A DNA stretch of 38,832 bases, from positions 1 through 38,832 of the forward strand of contig CAXBPH010000030.1 in the NCBI GenBank assembly GCA_963977445.1. Reading direction: 5' to 3'. This DNA comes from an uncultured bacterium. Lineage in GTDB: Bacteria > Hydrogenedentota > Hydrogenedentia > Hydrogenedentales > JAEUWI01. How positions within the stretch are numbered: position 1 is the first letter of the stretch; each line of letters begins with the position of its first letter. The notes beneath the pieces are model-generated. The model was not told the DNA's origin, did no database searches, and was given only the letters and a program-made list of their open reading frames with translations. Shown one piece after another: positions 8,852 to 19,417 of this stretch. The translations under genes were made by a program, and so were the position numbers.

Positions 8852-9991
8852 TCAGGGTTGCTTTGGCTGCAGTGTTACGCCCATTTCCTCGAGTACCTCT
8901 GCGATGGCGGCCAGTAACGCCTTAACGTCGGCGATGAAAATACGGCCGATGTTTCCGATTCGAAAGCAATCCGCGTTGCTGACTTTGCCGGGATATATCA
9001 CGTAGTCCCGGGCATTCAGCCGATCATAGAATGTGGCGAAGTCCCATTGGGGATGGTTGGGATAATGGAATGAGGTAATGATATAGCCCTGGAGATCGCG
9101 CTCCAGGTATTCGGTGAAACCGAGTCGGGCCATACCGTCGACCAGGGTGCGGTAGTTGCCTTCGTATCGGGCGCCCCGCCCTGCAACACCGCCTTCTTGT
9201 TCCAGTTCCAACAGGGCCTGATGGAAGGCGAGCAGGGCGTGGGTGGGCGGCGTAAAACGAAATTGCCCATTACTCTCCAGCCCCCGCCACTGGGACAACA
9301 AATCGAGACTGAGGCTGCGGGCCCAGCCTTCGGTTTCTTCCAGGGCATTGCGACGTGCGATGACGAATCCGAAACCGGGTACCCCCTCAATGCATTTGTT
9401 TGCCGATGAGACCAGGTAGTCAATTTTGGCGTCGGCCAGGTGGAGGGGCACGGCACCAAAACTACTCATGGCATCCACAAAATAGGAGGTCTTAAATTCC
9501 TTGGCCAGTGCACCAATGGCCGCCACCGGATTGATGATGCCGGTCGTGGTTTCACAATGTACCGTCGCCACATCGGTGATGCTGTCATCCGACTCCAGGG
9601 CCGCGCGGATGGCCACCAAATCGGGAACTTCATTCTCCGGGAAGACGAGGCAGGTGGTGGCGATGCCCAGCATGGTGCACATGGTTGCCATGCGCTGCCC
9701 ATAGGCGCCATTGATGACCAGCAGGACCTTGCCGTCGGGGCGTATGGTCGATGCGAAAACCGCTTCAATCGAGAAGGTTCCGCTTCCCTGCATGGGGATG
9801 GCCACATAGGTGTCGGCCGAAACCTGGCCCACATCCAGTAGTCGTTGGCGAATATCGGAAACACGGGTAATAAACTCGTGGTCCCGCGAACCGAGGTCCC
9901 GGAGAAGGGCTTGCTTAACGGTCTGACTCGTGGTGAGTGGTCCGGGGGTGAAAAGAATTTTATCCTTCCAGCCGGAAATGCGTTGGCTCAT
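8852..9991 (-). CDS. phnW: 2-aminoethylphosphonate--pyruvate transaminase
   Basis: LFTPGPLTTS, HCETTTG, DAMSSFG, SSANKCIEGVPG (PLP Lys), FRFTPPTH, IYPGK; ATG 9991 best spaced from GGAG; adjacent to phnX. Confidence 0.96.
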   Translation of the reverse strand: MSQRISGWKDKILFTPGPLTTSQTVKQALLRDLGSRDHEFITRVSDIRQRLLDVGQVSADTYVAIPMQGSGTFSIEAVFASTIRPDGKVLLVINGAYGQRMATMCTMLGIATTCLVFPENEVPDLVAIRAALESDDSITDVATVHCETTTGIINPVAAIGALAKEFKTSYFVDAMSSFGAVPLHLADAKIDYLVSSANKCIEGVPGFGFVIARRNALEETEGWARSLSLDLLSQWRGLESNGQFRFTPPTHALLAFHQALLELEQEGGVAGRGARYEGNYRTLVDGMARLGFTEYLERDLQGYIITSFHYPNHPQWDFATFYDRLNARDYVIYPGKVSNADCFRIGNIGRIFIADVKALLAAIAEVLEEMGVTLQPKQP

Positions 9992-10257
9992 GAACATTTC
10001 TCCACAGGGTTACAGTTCGAGTTTGCGTCCCGAAAATAGAAGGGTATCGCTATATCGAGCCTATTGTGGCGGAGTATGTCAAAGCGATTGTATATAAAGT
10101 CAAGTGAGGATTTGATTGGCAAGGAGCGGGCTGGCAGAGGGTATAAACGGAGCGGATTTAACCCGCCTGCGGCGCGCCGTTGGCCAACACCCACAACGCT
10201 GTTCATGCCTCGTGTCTTTGGTCTTCGGGTACACTTTTCGATTGATTGACCCGGACA

Positions 10258-11964
10258 CTACTGGCTTTCCCGCTCCAGGAGCAGCAATTCCTGGTCCGGG
10301 CCGAGCCACGTTGCGTAGGGCAATACGTCCCGGGTTACGTAACCTTCTCGGGGCTTCCATGCGATGGCGTAGACGTCGTCCACAACCCACCAGCCTTTTG
10401 GCCCCGATTTCAGGAAGGCCATCGGACCCAACCGTTCAATAAAGTGGTCGCTCGTGTACCACCCATTGAATTCATAGCCCCCGTCGATTTTTTCCGGGCG
10501 TATGCCCTCGGCCATGAGTTCGCCCAGGGCCTTCCAACGGACCTGATTCCAGGAGAGGTAGTCGTGTTGGGCGGCGAGGCTAAAAGAGAATTGCAGCGCC
10601 AGGCATATTCCTTGTGCCCAACAGATTACGGGCTTGGTCAGGATTGGAGCGCTTGCCACAAGTGCCAGCACCGGGACCAGCGCACCCAGGAGGTAGCGGT
10701 CAAAACGAACGGGGAGCCAGGGGTGATAGAGTGCGAGAATCGCGATGATGGCCCAGATTCCCAGAAAGGTCTGTTGTCTCCGGCGGACGGCCATTGCTGG
10801 CTCACGGTTCTCATTGGGCTTGCCCTTAAGCCAGACCAGTATAGCGGCCCCCATCCATGCCGCGCCGAGGAGTCCGGCGGCCGTCAGCAACCACCAGCCA
10901 TTGCCCCAGGCATGGGGCGTCCACATGCCGTCCTCTGAATAGTTTCCCCGCATGGTCATGGGGCCCAGTCCGAGGTCGTAGATGATGTTGCCCAGGTAGG
11001 GCATGCGATGGGGCGCGCGGGCAGCGGTAAAAATGACCAGCATCGTCAGGATGGGTGCCGTCCAAAGGAGGCGTCGCTTCCAGCAACCCACGTGGGGGGC
11101 TAGCCAGCAGGCGGCTGCACCCAGCACCAGGGGCAGCGCGAAAAGAGCGAGGTAAACGAACGTGATTCCGTAGAATTCCGGCGCACCCAGAAGCTGCTCC
11201 ATCAGGCCGTTCCCCAGGTTTCGGGGTTTCCAGACATGGCCAAGGGCACCCGCGTGTTGGGGCATCAGGTTCAGCAGGGTGAAAGCGATGAGCCACGGGG
11301 CACCGAGTGCGACAGCACAACGTCTGATTTTCGGCGTCCGCCATGAGCGCCACCGAGGGATAGAGACCAACAGAAAGGCGATCAGAATGACGGGGGCAAA
11401 CTGGCGGATAAGCAGGGCACCCGCACCGAAAAGCGAGCCGAGGAGACACCAGCGGGAACGGGGTGTTTCCAGTGCGCGTACATACCCATAACCCGACACG
11501 GCCATCATTGCCATAAACGGTACATCGGTCATAAAGGTGTACCCGAGATTGAAGGCGAGGGGGTTGGCGATAACCAACGTTCCGGCGAGCATGGCGGACC
11601 AGCGTTGGGCACCTATGGCACGCGCCGTTAAGCCGGTCGTTGCGGCTGCCAAGGCCCACAATACGATCGTCGACCAACGGAGCACCTCAAAACTGAACCC
11701 GAAGATCAGGCAAAAGAGTGTGCCCCAGGCGGCCTGGCCAATAAGGCTGGCGGTAGAAAAAGGGTGGCCTTCGAAATGGCCTGCGGCAAGCCATTGGGAT
11801 ACGGCCCGCCCGTAAATCCAATCATCGTTGAAGGGGAAGTTGCCCTGTGGTGGCACCAGCACCAACGCAAGCGCAAGAAGGGCCAGAGGGACGCCCGCGA
11901 CCCACAAGGCATCCCGCCATGGTCGGTGCCGATCGGCCGGCTCGGGCAAGATGCGCATGGTCAC
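10258..11964 (-). CDS. GT-C fold (ArnT/PMT-like) integral membrane glycosyltransferase
   Basis: FNDDWIY acidic motif after TM1, TFMTDVP, LIRQ, DRYLL, many TMs; start is GTG 11964 or ATG 11958. Confidence 0.75.
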   Translation of the reverse strand: MTMRILPEPADRHRPWRDALWVAGVPLALLALALVLVPPQGNFPFNDDWIYGRAVSQWLAAGHFEGHPFSTASLIGQAAWGTLFCLIFGFSFEVLRWSTIVLWALAAATTGLTARAIGAQRWSAMLAGTLVIANPLAFNLGYTFMTDVPFMAMMAVSGYGYVRALETPRSRWCLLGSLFGAGALLIRQFAPVILIAFLLVSIPRWRSWRTPKIRRCAVALGAPWLIAFTLLNLMPQHAGALGHVWKPRNLGNGLMEQLLGAPEFYGITFVYLALFALPLVLGAAACWLAPHVGCWKRRLLWTAPILTMLVIFTAARAPHRMPYLGNIIYDLGLGPMTMRGNYSEDGMWTPHAWGNGWWLLTAAGLLGAAWMGAAILVWLKGKPNENREPAMAVRRRQQTFLGIWAIIAILALYHPWLPVRFDRYLLGALVPVLALVASAPILTKPVICWAQGICLALQFSFSLAAQHDYLSWNQVRWKALGELMAEGIRPEKIDGGYEFNGWYTSDHFIERLGPMAFLKSGPKGWWVVDDVYAIAWKPREGYVTRDVLPYATWLGPDQELLLLERESQ

Positions 11965-11970
11965 GGTAAA

Positions 11971-12357
11971 CTACGTGAGTTGCTGGCTGAGGTAGGCTTC
12001 GACCCGGCTGCGATGGTCGCCCTGGAGCTCAATGAAGTCTTCTTTCAACACACCGCCCGTGGCGCAGAGTTTCCGCAGGGCCTTCAAGAGGGCATTGCCA
12101 TCTCCCGAGATATTGCGAATCACCGTGACCAGCTTACCTGCGGCCCGTTTCTCGAAAGAAACAGGCCAGCCGCCTTTTCGCGTCTTCGCAACACGATAGG
12201 AAACGGTGATGGGTGCGATAATCTCTGCCTGGGGCGCGGCTTTCTTCGGTGATTCGGTAGGCAATTGGTCCCGAATCGCGCCGAGATTGCCAAAGGGAGA
12301 ATCGGAGAGGGGAGTTCGGTCTGATGAAACGTCCACACGCTTTTTGGGGGTGGCCAT
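11971..12357 (-). CDS. yciH: Translation initiation factor SUI1/YciH family protein
   Basis: EKRAAGKLVTVI...LRKLCATGG...IELQGDHR motif; AGGAG RBS before ATG 12357. Confidence 0.88.
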   Translation of the reverse strand: MATPKKRVDVSSDRTPLSDSPFGNLGAIRDQLPTESPKKAAPQAEIIAPITVSYRVAKTRKGGWPVSFEKRAAGKLVTVIRNISGDGNALLKALRKLCATGGVLKEDFIELQGDHRSRVEAYLSQQLT

Positions 12358-12587
12358 GATTGCTCCTGTACACAGTGGAAGGTTTGCCGCTATTGTAAGG
12401 AAAACTACGGTATTAAGCAACATGCTGCCCTATAATTACTTAGGAATAGGGCCCCTTTTGGGGTCCAGTCATTCATCGGGTGGGGTTCGGCTGTGCCTGC
12501 TCCGTCGATCTACCGGCACATAAGCCCCATAGCTGCTGATTTTGAATATTTGTGCCGTCGGGCCGTCTATCTCCTGCCGTCAGCACG

Positions 12588-12616
12588 TAGACTGTGCTTT
12601 CGGCGAATGGTATACT
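12588..12616 (+). promoter_or_regulatory. Sigma70-type promoter for mcsA-mcsB-clpC
   Basis: TAGACT-17 bp-TATACT with extended -10 TG, about 20 bp before the mcsA ATG. Confidence 0.6.
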
Positions 12617-12636
12617 GAAGTAGAGGAATTCAGGCT

Positions 12637-13158
12637 ATGTTGTGCCAAAAATGCCATAAGCGATCAGGTACCATTCGTTATGCGGAGGTGGTTGATGGTC
12701 GCGTCACCGATCAGTTCTGGTGCACCGAGTGTCTCGCGCAGCAGCGCTCCGGGGACGTAGGGTTCGAGATCTCCGAGATTTCTCCGACCCGACCGAACCG
12801 GGATGCTATCCATAGCGTGGTCAGTCGGGTGGTCCAATCCCAGCAGACCTGTCCGGCCTGTGATACGCCCTTACAGCGTATTGTGGAAAGTAACCGGGTT
12901 GGTTGCACCACCTGCTACGAGACCTTCGAAAAACCACTCTCCGAGTTGGTAAACCGTCTCCAGAACAATACGATTCACACGGGGAAGGCCGCCCACTTGA
13001 CTGATGCACGTACCCAACTGCGGTCCGATCTTCGGTCAAAACGTTCGCTGTTGCGCAGTGTGCTCAAGGCGGAAAACTATGAAGAGGCGGCCATGCTTCG
13101 TGATGAGATCCGTTCCCTGGAATCGGGACTCTATATTTCTGAATCAGGAGCGGACTGA
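12637..13158 (+). CDS. mcsA: McsA protein-arginine kinase activator (UvrB/UvrC motif)
   Basis: Four CxxC motifs (CQKC, CTEC, CPAC, CTTC), HTGK, C-terminal ENYEEAAMLRDEI UVR motif; precedes mcsB-clpC. Confidence 0.9.
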   Translation: MLCQKCHKRSGTIRYAEVVDGRVTDQFWCTECLAQQRSGDVGFEISEISPTRPNRDAIHSVVSRVVQSQQTCPACDTPLQRIVESNRVGCTTCYETFEKPLSELVNRLQNNTIHTGKAAHLTDARTQLRSDLRSKRSLLRSVLKAENYEEAAMLRDEIRSLESGLYISESGAD

Positions 13159-13161
13159 GCC

Positions 13162-14325
13162 ATGCATATAGCCCCCCTACTCAAGCAAGATCCGACCTGG
13201 CAACAGGGTTCAACAGGTGTACACAACGACGTCGTCATACTTTGCGACTGCAACCTGGGTCGCAATCTGATTGATTTTCCCTTTCCCGCTCAGTGTACTT
13301 CCGAAGAGCGGGTTGCGGTCGAATCCCGCATTGTCGCGGTGTTGGACCAGTTAAACCTGCTGGCCAGTGGTCACTATTTCCGATTGCCCGAATTGTCCTA
13401 TTCGGAGACCCAATTGCTGGCCGAACGCCAGTTAATCCCCCATGCACTGACCCATCCCGTATCGGGCCAGGGGGTCTATGTCTCCCAGGATCAAAGCCTG
13501 AGCATTATCGTCAATGATGAAGATCACTGCTGTATTCGCGTGCTGACCTCGGGTCTCCAGCTCCAGGATGGCTGGGCACGCGCCAGCCTGATGGACGATA
13601 CGCTGGGGGCCATCCTCGACTTTTCCTTCTCCCCGAAGTTCGGATTTCTCTCGCAGAACCTGTCCCATCTGGGTACCGGCCTCCTCTGCACCGTCCTGCT
13701 TCACTTGCCTGGCTGTGCCCAGCGTAACGAATTGCCGGAGCTCCGGGAACTTGCAACCAGCCTTGACATCAATTTTCGCGGCGTGGGTATCGGTGCGCCA
13801 TCATCTGGCTCCCGTGCGGAAGCGTCGGCCCACGCAGACCCCCGTCAGGCCCTTTATAGCAATATGGACGGGTTTGCGCCCCGTGCCCCCCATGAATCCG
13901 AGGGGGACCTTTTTCAGCTTTCCAATCACTCGACCCTGGGTCGGACGGAGGAAGAGCTCCTGTTTCAGTTGAAGCAGTGTGCCACTACCATTATTGAGCG
14001 TGAAGAAGGTATTCGCCGTCAAATGCGCGATAATGAAGGGGAAATACTGTCTGACCGGGTGGAACGGGCCCGGGCGCTGGCGCTGAAGGCCCGTTTGGTG
14101 CCTTTTGACGAGAGTATGAGTCTCTTGTCCTCCCTGCGACTGGGCGTGTCTCTGGGGCTGATTTCCGATGTTTCCCTGGCGGCCCTGAACGGTACGCTTA
14201 TTCAGTGTCAGGATGCCCACGTGGAAGCCCATCGGATCCGGGATGAAGGCCCTGTCGGAGATCAGGATCGCAAGCGTTTCCGGGCCGCCCTGCTGAAGGC
14301 ACAGTTTTTTTCGCCAAACAATTAA
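13162..14325 (+). CDS. mcsB: McsB-like ATP:guanido phosphotransferase homolog, catalytic residues degenerate
   Basis: LGRN..FPFP, VNDEDH, LGTG, HLP, FQLSNHSTLG, SSLRLG align with McsB; synteny with mcsA and clpC. See findings for missing residues. Confidence 0.85.
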   Translation: MHIAPLLKQDPTWQQGSTGVHNDVVILCDCNLGRNLIDFPFPAQCTSEERVAVESRIVAVLDQLNLLASGHYFRLPELSYSETQLLAERQLIPHALTHPVSGQGVYVSQDQSLSIIVNDEDHCCIRVLTSGLQLQDGWARASLMDDTLGAILDFSFSPKFGFLSQNLSHLGTGLLCTVLLHLPGCAQRNELPELRELATSLDINFRGVGIGAPSSGSRAEASAHADPRQALYSNMDGFAPRAPHESEGDLFQLSNHSTLGRTEEELLFQLKQCATTIIEREEGIRRQMRDNEGEILSDRVERARALALKARLVPFDESMSLLSSLRLGVSLGLISDVSLAALNGTLIQCQDAHVEAHRIRDEGPVGDQDRKRFRAALLKAQFFSPNN

Positions 14326-14488
14326 TAAGTCTCCGCACAACGCGGGGTGTAAACAACATACCCTTTTGCTTTAAACTACAGTAGCGCCTTGGGCTTCGCA
14401 ATCATGCGAAGGACTCGCGCGATACGGTGTCAGCCTCTCCAACCGGTCCCTATTGAGATCCGGAGAGATGAAATGAAAGGAACGCCAC

Positions 14489-16951
14489 ATGTGGGAACGA
14501 TTTACGGAGCGCGCCAAGCACGTTGTCAGCGCGGCACGTGAAGAAGCCACCCGCCTGGGTAGCGAATACGTACGTACGGAACATATTCTACTGGGTCTGT
14601 GCCGGGAACCTGAGGGCATCGCCGCGCGCGCGCTGGAGAATCTGGGTGTCGATATAGAGGCCCTGGCCAGCGAAATCGAGCAGCAGGTCCAGCCGGGTTC
14701 CGCCGCCGTATCGGGCGAAGAGATAGCCTTCACGCCCCGCGCCAAGAAAGTCCTCGAACTGGCCGTGGAAGAGGCACGTCGCTTCAACCACAGCTATATC
14801 GGTACCGAGCACATCCTCCTCGGCCTCCTCAAAGAAGGGGAAGGCATTGCTGCCAAAGTACTTCAGGACATGAAAATCGACCTCGGTCGCATTCAGGCCG
14901 AAGTCATTCGACTCCTGGGCGACCAGGGTCGTCCCAGTGGAGAGCAGGCGCAATCGAGCAAGAAATCTCAGACCCCGGCCCTTGATAACTTTGGTCGTGA
15001 TCTCACCCAATTGGCCCGCGATGACAAATTGGACCCCGTTATCGGGCGAGAAGGCGAAATCGAACGGGTAATTCAGGTATTGAGCCGTCGCACCAAGAAT
15101 AACCCGGTACTGATCGGTGAGGCAGGCGTGGGTAAGACGGCCATCGTGGAAGGCCTTGCCCAAGCCATTATCAACGGTGATGTGCCCGACCTGTTGCTCA
15201 AAAAGCGGGTACTTACCCTCGATTTGGCCGGTGTGGTCGCCGGTACCAAGTACCGCGGTCAATTTGAAGAGCGGCTCAAGTCGGTCATGAAAGAAATTCG
15301 TCGGGCGGACAATGTAATTCTGTTCATCGACGAGCTCCATACCATCGTAGGTGCCGGTGCGGCCGAAGGTGCCGTGGATGCGGCGAATATGCTGAAACCG
15401 GCCTTGGCCCGTGGCGAACTGCAGTGCATTGGTGCCACGACCATGGATGAATACCGCAAGTATATCGAGAAAGATGCGGCCTTGGCCCGTCGTTTTCAGA
15501 CCATAATCGTGGATGCCCCGTCGGTGGAGCAGACCATTCAGATTATCAAAGGCCTTCGTGACAAATACGAAGCCCACCACCGGGTTAAATTTTCCGACGA
15601 AGCCGTCATTGCTGCGGCCAAGTTGTCGAACCAGTATATTGCTGACCGCTATCTTCCAGACAAAGCGGTGGACGTTATTGATGAGGCCGGAAGCCGGGCC
15701 CGTCTCCAGATCACTACCCGCCCCATCGAGCACAAGCAGATCGAGCAGGAAATCGAGAAGGTGACGCAGGAGAAGGAATCGGCTATTCGTCGGCAGGAAT
15801 ACGAGAAGGCGGCCAGCCTTCGCGACGAAGAGCGTACCCTGATCAACAAGCTGGAAGAAAAGAAGCGTGAGTGGGAGATGAAGCGGGATTCCGCGGAAAC
15901 GATTATTAACGAAGAAGATATCGCCTATATCGTGTCCAAGTGGACCGGCGTTCCCCTTACCAAGCTGGAAGAAAAAGAGTCGGAGCGTCTGCTGCGCATG
16001 CGCGACGAGCTGCACCGCTCGGTTATCGGTCAGCACGAAGCCATTGATTCAATTACCCGGGCCATTCAACGGTCCCGGGCGGGTTTCCGGGACCACGCGC
16101 GCCCGGTGGGCTCCTTCCTTTGCCTCGGACCGACCGGTGTGGGCAAGACTCTGCTCGCCAAATCCCTCGCGTCCTTCCTTTTTGGCAACGAAGAGGCCCT
16201 GATTACCGTCGACATGTCCGAGTATATGGAACGCTTCGCCGTTTCACGGTTAACCGGTGCCCCTCCGGGCTATGTGGGCTACAACGAAGGGGGCCAGCTT
16301 ACCGAGCAGGTTCGACGTCGTCCCTATTCGGTTGTGCTCTTCGACGAGATCGAAAAAGCACACCCCGATGTGTTCAATGCCCTGCTTCAGGTTCTCGAAG
16401 AGGGCCAGATGACCGATTCTACCGGGCGTAAAGTTGATTTTCGTAACACGGTCATTATCATGACCAGCAACGTGGGTGCCCGTCGAATCAGTAAAGGTGG
16501 CGGTGCCATGGGCTTTCAGCGGGATGACGAAGCGTCCCTGTATGCCCGCATGAAAGAACGGGTGATTGAAGAAGCGAAGAAGGTCTTCAATCCCGAATTC
16601 CTGAACCGTCTTGATGACACCCTCGTGTTCCACCGTCTCAATGATGACCAGCTTATCGACATCGTCGACATCCAAGTAAAATCCATGGTAGATCGGGTGG
16701 CCGAAAAGGATGTACACTTGCGCCTCAACCGAGAAGCCAAAGAGTTCCTGGTTCGCTTGGGAAGTAATGAAGAATATGGTGCCCGGCCGCTTCGTCGCGC
16801 CGTTCAGCAATATATTGAAGATCCCCTGGCGGAATTGCTGCTGCGGGGTAATCTTGAACCGGGAACAAAGATTGAAGTCTGGCCCTCGGACACGGAAGAG
16901 AAATTGGTGTTTGAAACGGCTGCATTAGCTGTGGAAGGTGTAACTACTTGA
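14489..16951 (+). CDS. clpC: ATP-dependent Clp protease ATP-binding subunit ClpC
   Basis: Two Clp-N repeats, Walker A GEAGVGKT and [11 protein letters not shown]-type middle domain, MGF ClpP-docking loop, YGARPLRR. Confidence 0.97.
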   Translation: MWERFTERAKHVVSAAREEATRLGSEYVRTEHILLGLCREPEGIAARALENLGVDIEALASEIEQQVQPGSAAVSGEEIAFTPRAKKVLELAVEEARRFNHSYIGTEHILLGLLKEGEGIAAKVLQDMKIDLGRIQAEVIRLLGDQGRPSGEQAQSSKKSQTPALDNFGRDLTQLARDDKLDPVIGREGEIERVIQVLSRRTKNNPVLIGEAGVGKTAIVEGLAQAIINGDVPDLLLKKRVLTLDLAGVVAGTKYRGQFEERLKSVMKEIRRADNVILFIDELHTIVGAGAAEGAVDAANMLKPALARGELQCIGATTMDEYRKYIEKDAALARRFQTIIVDAPSVEQTIQIIKGLRDKYEAHHRVKFSDEAVIAAAKLSNQYIADRYLPDKAVDVIDEAGSRARLQITTRPIEHKQIEQEIEKVTQEKESAIRRQEYEKAASLRDEERTLINKLEEKKREWEMKRDSAETIINEEDIAYIVSKWTGVPLTKLEEKESERLLRMRDELHRSVIGQHEAIDSITRAIQRSRAGFRDHARPVGSFLCLGPTGVGKTLLAKSLASFLFGNEEALITVDMSEYMERFAVSRLTGAPPGYVGYNEGGQLTEQVRRRPYSVVLFDEIEKAHPDVFNALLQVLEEGQMTDSTGRKVDFRNTVIIMTSNVGARRISKGGGAMGFQRDDEASLYARMKERVIEEAKKVFNPEFLNRLDDTLVFHRLNDDQLIDIVDIQVKSMVDRVAEKDVHLRLNREAKEFLVRLGSNEEYGARPLRRAVQQYIEDPLAELLLRGNLEPGTKIEVWPSDTEEKLVFETAALAVEGVTT

Positions 16952-19245
16952 AGAAACTAGCGTCTGGCCTGGCCCTTACGCTGATCGCTCTATTAACCCA
17001 CGTTCCGGCCCTGGCGCAGGGCAATCCAAACGTTGGTGCGGTTCGCATCGACGGATTGGAACGTGTGAGTGATCAGTTGGTACGATCGAAACTCGAAGTG
17101 CAGGCTGGACAAGCCTACAACCCCCGCGCGGTGTCTCGTGACATCCGTCGTCTGTATGAATTGGGATTTTTTACCCATATTCAGGCCGATCTCGTGGAGG
17201 AAGGCAGCGGCGTGACGCTGACCTATGTCGTCGCGGAAAAGCAGGTCATCGAGAAAGTCCTGATTCTTGGCAATCGCAAGATTAAGGACCGCCGTATTTT
17301 ATCCGCCTTGTCCATGCGCGAAGGGGACCCGTTTATTCCCGAAGCCTATGAAGAAGAGCGTCAGGCCCTGATCGATTTGTATGAAGGCAAAGGTTTCGCC
17401 AATACAACCGTCGACGTGGTCGCTGAGCGGGTTGGACCCTCCCGCATGCGCCTGAGCTACACCATCAATGAAGGTAAGAAAGCCAAGATTCGCAGCATCA
17501 AATTTGTGGGCAACGACGTGCTCAGCACCCATAAACTGCGGAAGCTCATGGGCACAAAGCGTGCCTGGTGGTTCCTTGGTGGCAAGTATGAAGAGGAAAA
17601 ACTGGAATACGATCTCCAGCAGGTTCTCGACAACTACGGCAACTATGGACGACTGGAAGCCGATATTACCCGCACCGACTTGCTCTACACCGACAACGGC
17701 AAGGGTATGGACCTGACGATCTATCTTGCGGAAGGTCCGGAATACCATCTGGAAAACCTCGACATCAACGGCAACATCGTGTTTGACGACGATGAATTGT
17801 TGAAAATAGTTGAAGTCGAAGCCGGAGACGTTCACGACAAGTCGCAGGTGGAGAAGGATGCCAAGGAACTGGAAGACGGTTACCAGGACAGCGGCTATGT
17901 CAAGGCCAGTGTGGCTCCTATCGTCACCCTCAATAAAGAGACCAAGACCACCCGCGTGACCCACAAGATCGCGGAAGGTGACCTTCGTTATATTCGTGAA
18001 ATCAAGATTATTGGTAACGAGCTTACGAAAGATGAAGTTATCCGCCGCTCCCTCGCCTTGCAGCCGGGAGAGCGTTACGATGGATCCCGTCTGGAATTGA
18101 GCAAGCGTGCCTTGCAGCGTACGGAGTATTTTGAAACCGTACGGACCAATCTCGATTTTGCGGACAAGCAGGATTTGTTCACCGATATTATTTTTGACGT
18201 GGAGGAAGGCAAACAGGGCAATTTCAATTTCGGTGCGGGCTTCAGCACCGATGATGGGCTGGGCGGATTTTCCGAGTTGCATCTGAATAATTTTGACCTC
18301 ACCAACTGGCCCAACTTTACTGGTGGCGGTCAGCAACTGGCGTTAAAATTAAATGTCGGCACCCGACGTAACCAGTATACCCTGAGCTTTACCGATCCCG
18401 AGTTTCTTGGCTATCCCTTCGCCTTAGGATTCGATCTCTTTGACGAGTCGTACCAGGTTCGTGGCTCCTCGAGTTATTCGGAAAATCGTCAGGGTGGGCA
18501 GTTGCGATTGGGCAAAACGCTCTCCAACTATGTAAGCATGCGGACCTCCCTCCGTTACGAAACCAATGAGATTGCGAGTCTGCCAATATTCGTCAATCCC
18601 GTCATTCGCCGTCAGGGTGGTGAGTCGACGACGGTTAGTATCCGCAATGAATTTGAACGGAATACGTTAAACGCGTTCCGCGACCCCTCCAAGGGCAGCA
18701 AGCACATCTTGAGCCTCGAGCTGGCGGGACTGGGTGGAGACAACGACTTCTACAAGCTCTACATGGATTCCACTTGGTATCGCGGCATCGACGAGGAGGA
18801 GAAGTGGATTCTTTCATTCCGTACCCGTGAAGGTTATGTGGCCGAGTATGGAAACTCCGACTACGTGCCGCTCACCGATAAATTCTATGCCGGTGGCACG
18901 GCTACCGTACGTGGATATAAGAACCGTGACATAGGACCGACGGCGAAGCAATTCATTTTCTTCGGCGATGACTTCCCCTTGGGTGGCAATCTCCTCTGGG
19001 TAGGTAACCTGGAAATGAAGTACAAGCTCACCGAGCAAATTCGCTTCTACTCCTTCGTAGATGCGGGTGGTGTCTGGGATGACAACAATATCGATTTGGG
19101 CGAAATTAAGTACAGCGTCGGCCTGGGTATTGGCATGGAAGTGCCCCGTCTTGGACCGATTCGCGTGGACTACGGCTTCCCCCTTAATCCCGACGAAGAC
19201 CAGGGCAGTGGTCGCCTGCACTTGATTTCCGGCATACGTTTCTAA
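16948..19245 (+). CDS. bamA: Outer membrane protein assembly factor BamA
   Basis: Signal peptide, POTRA repeats (GNELTKDEVIRR), VRGY motif, GPIRVDYG, C-terminal Phe; TTG start overlaps the clpC TGA. Confidence 0.95.
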   Translation: MKKLASGLALTLIALLTHVPALAQGNPNVGAVRIDGLERVSDQLVRSKLEVQAGQAYNPRAVSRDIRRLYELGFFTHIQADLVEEGSGVTLTYVVAEKQVIEKVLILGNRKIKDRRILSALSMREGDPFIPEAYEEERQALIDLYEGKGFANTTVDVVAERVGPSRMRLSYTINEGKKAKIRSIKFVGNDVLSTHKLRKLMGTKRAWWFLGGKYEEEKLEYDLQQVLDNYGNYGRLEADITRTDLLYTDNGKGMDLTIYLAEGPEYHLENLDINGNIVFDDDELLKIVEVEAGDVHDKSQVEKDAKELEDGYQDSGYVKASVAPIVTLNKETKTTRVTHKIAEGDLRYIREIKIIGNELTKDEVIRRSLALQPGERYDGSRLELSKRALQRTEYFETVRTNLDFADKQDLFTDIIFDVEEGKQGNFNFGAGFSTDDGLGGFSELHLNNFDLTNWPNFTGGGQQLALKLNVGTRRNQYTLSFTDPEFLGYPFALGFDLFDESYQVRGSSSYSENRQGGQLRLGKTLSNYVSMRTSLRYETNEIASLPIFVNPVIRRQGGESTTVSIRNEFERNTLNAFRDPSKGSKHILSLELAGLGGDNDFYKLYMDSTWYRGIDEEEKWILSFRTREGYVAEYGNSDYVPLTDKFYAGGTATVRGYKNRDIGPTAKQFIFFGDDFPLGGNLLWVGNLEMKYKLTEQIRFYSFVDAGGVWDDNNIDLGEIKYSVGLGIGMEVPRLGPIRVDYGFPLNPDEDQGSGRLHLISGIRF

Positions 19246-19253
19246 AATACTGC

Positions 19254-19290
19254 GGCCCCCGAATCGCTGTGGATTCGGGGGCCCATTTTC
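19254..19290 (+). terminator. Terminator-like hairpin after bamA
   Basis: 12-bp perfect stem GGCCCCCGAATC/GATTCGGGGGCC then CATTTTC. Confidence 0.65.
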
Positions 19291-19320
19291 TTGATTGAAA
19301 AATGGGGTTGTTGCTATAAT
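19291..19320 (+). promoter_or_regulatory. Sigma70-type promoter for skp
   Basis: TTGATT-18 bp-TATAAT with extended -10 TG. Confidence 0.6.
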
Positions 19321-19417
19321 TGACAGAATTCCCCCCGCTGTCTCAAAAGAAATGGCGCACTTTATTTATACGGGGATGATTTAGTTCATCGCCAGATACC
19401 TGAGAGGACGAAAACTC

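Noticed and set aside
10060..10102. Pho box upstream of phnW
   Set aside because: GTCA half-sites are 21 bp apart with no good intervening 11-bp-phased repeat.
14588..16036. Long antisense ORFs (482 aa here; also 1908..2633, 2913..3917, 8009..8917, 17299..18336, 24570..25529, 29503..30405)
   Set aside because: Antisense shadows of well-supported genes in GC-rich DNA; no recognisable motifs.
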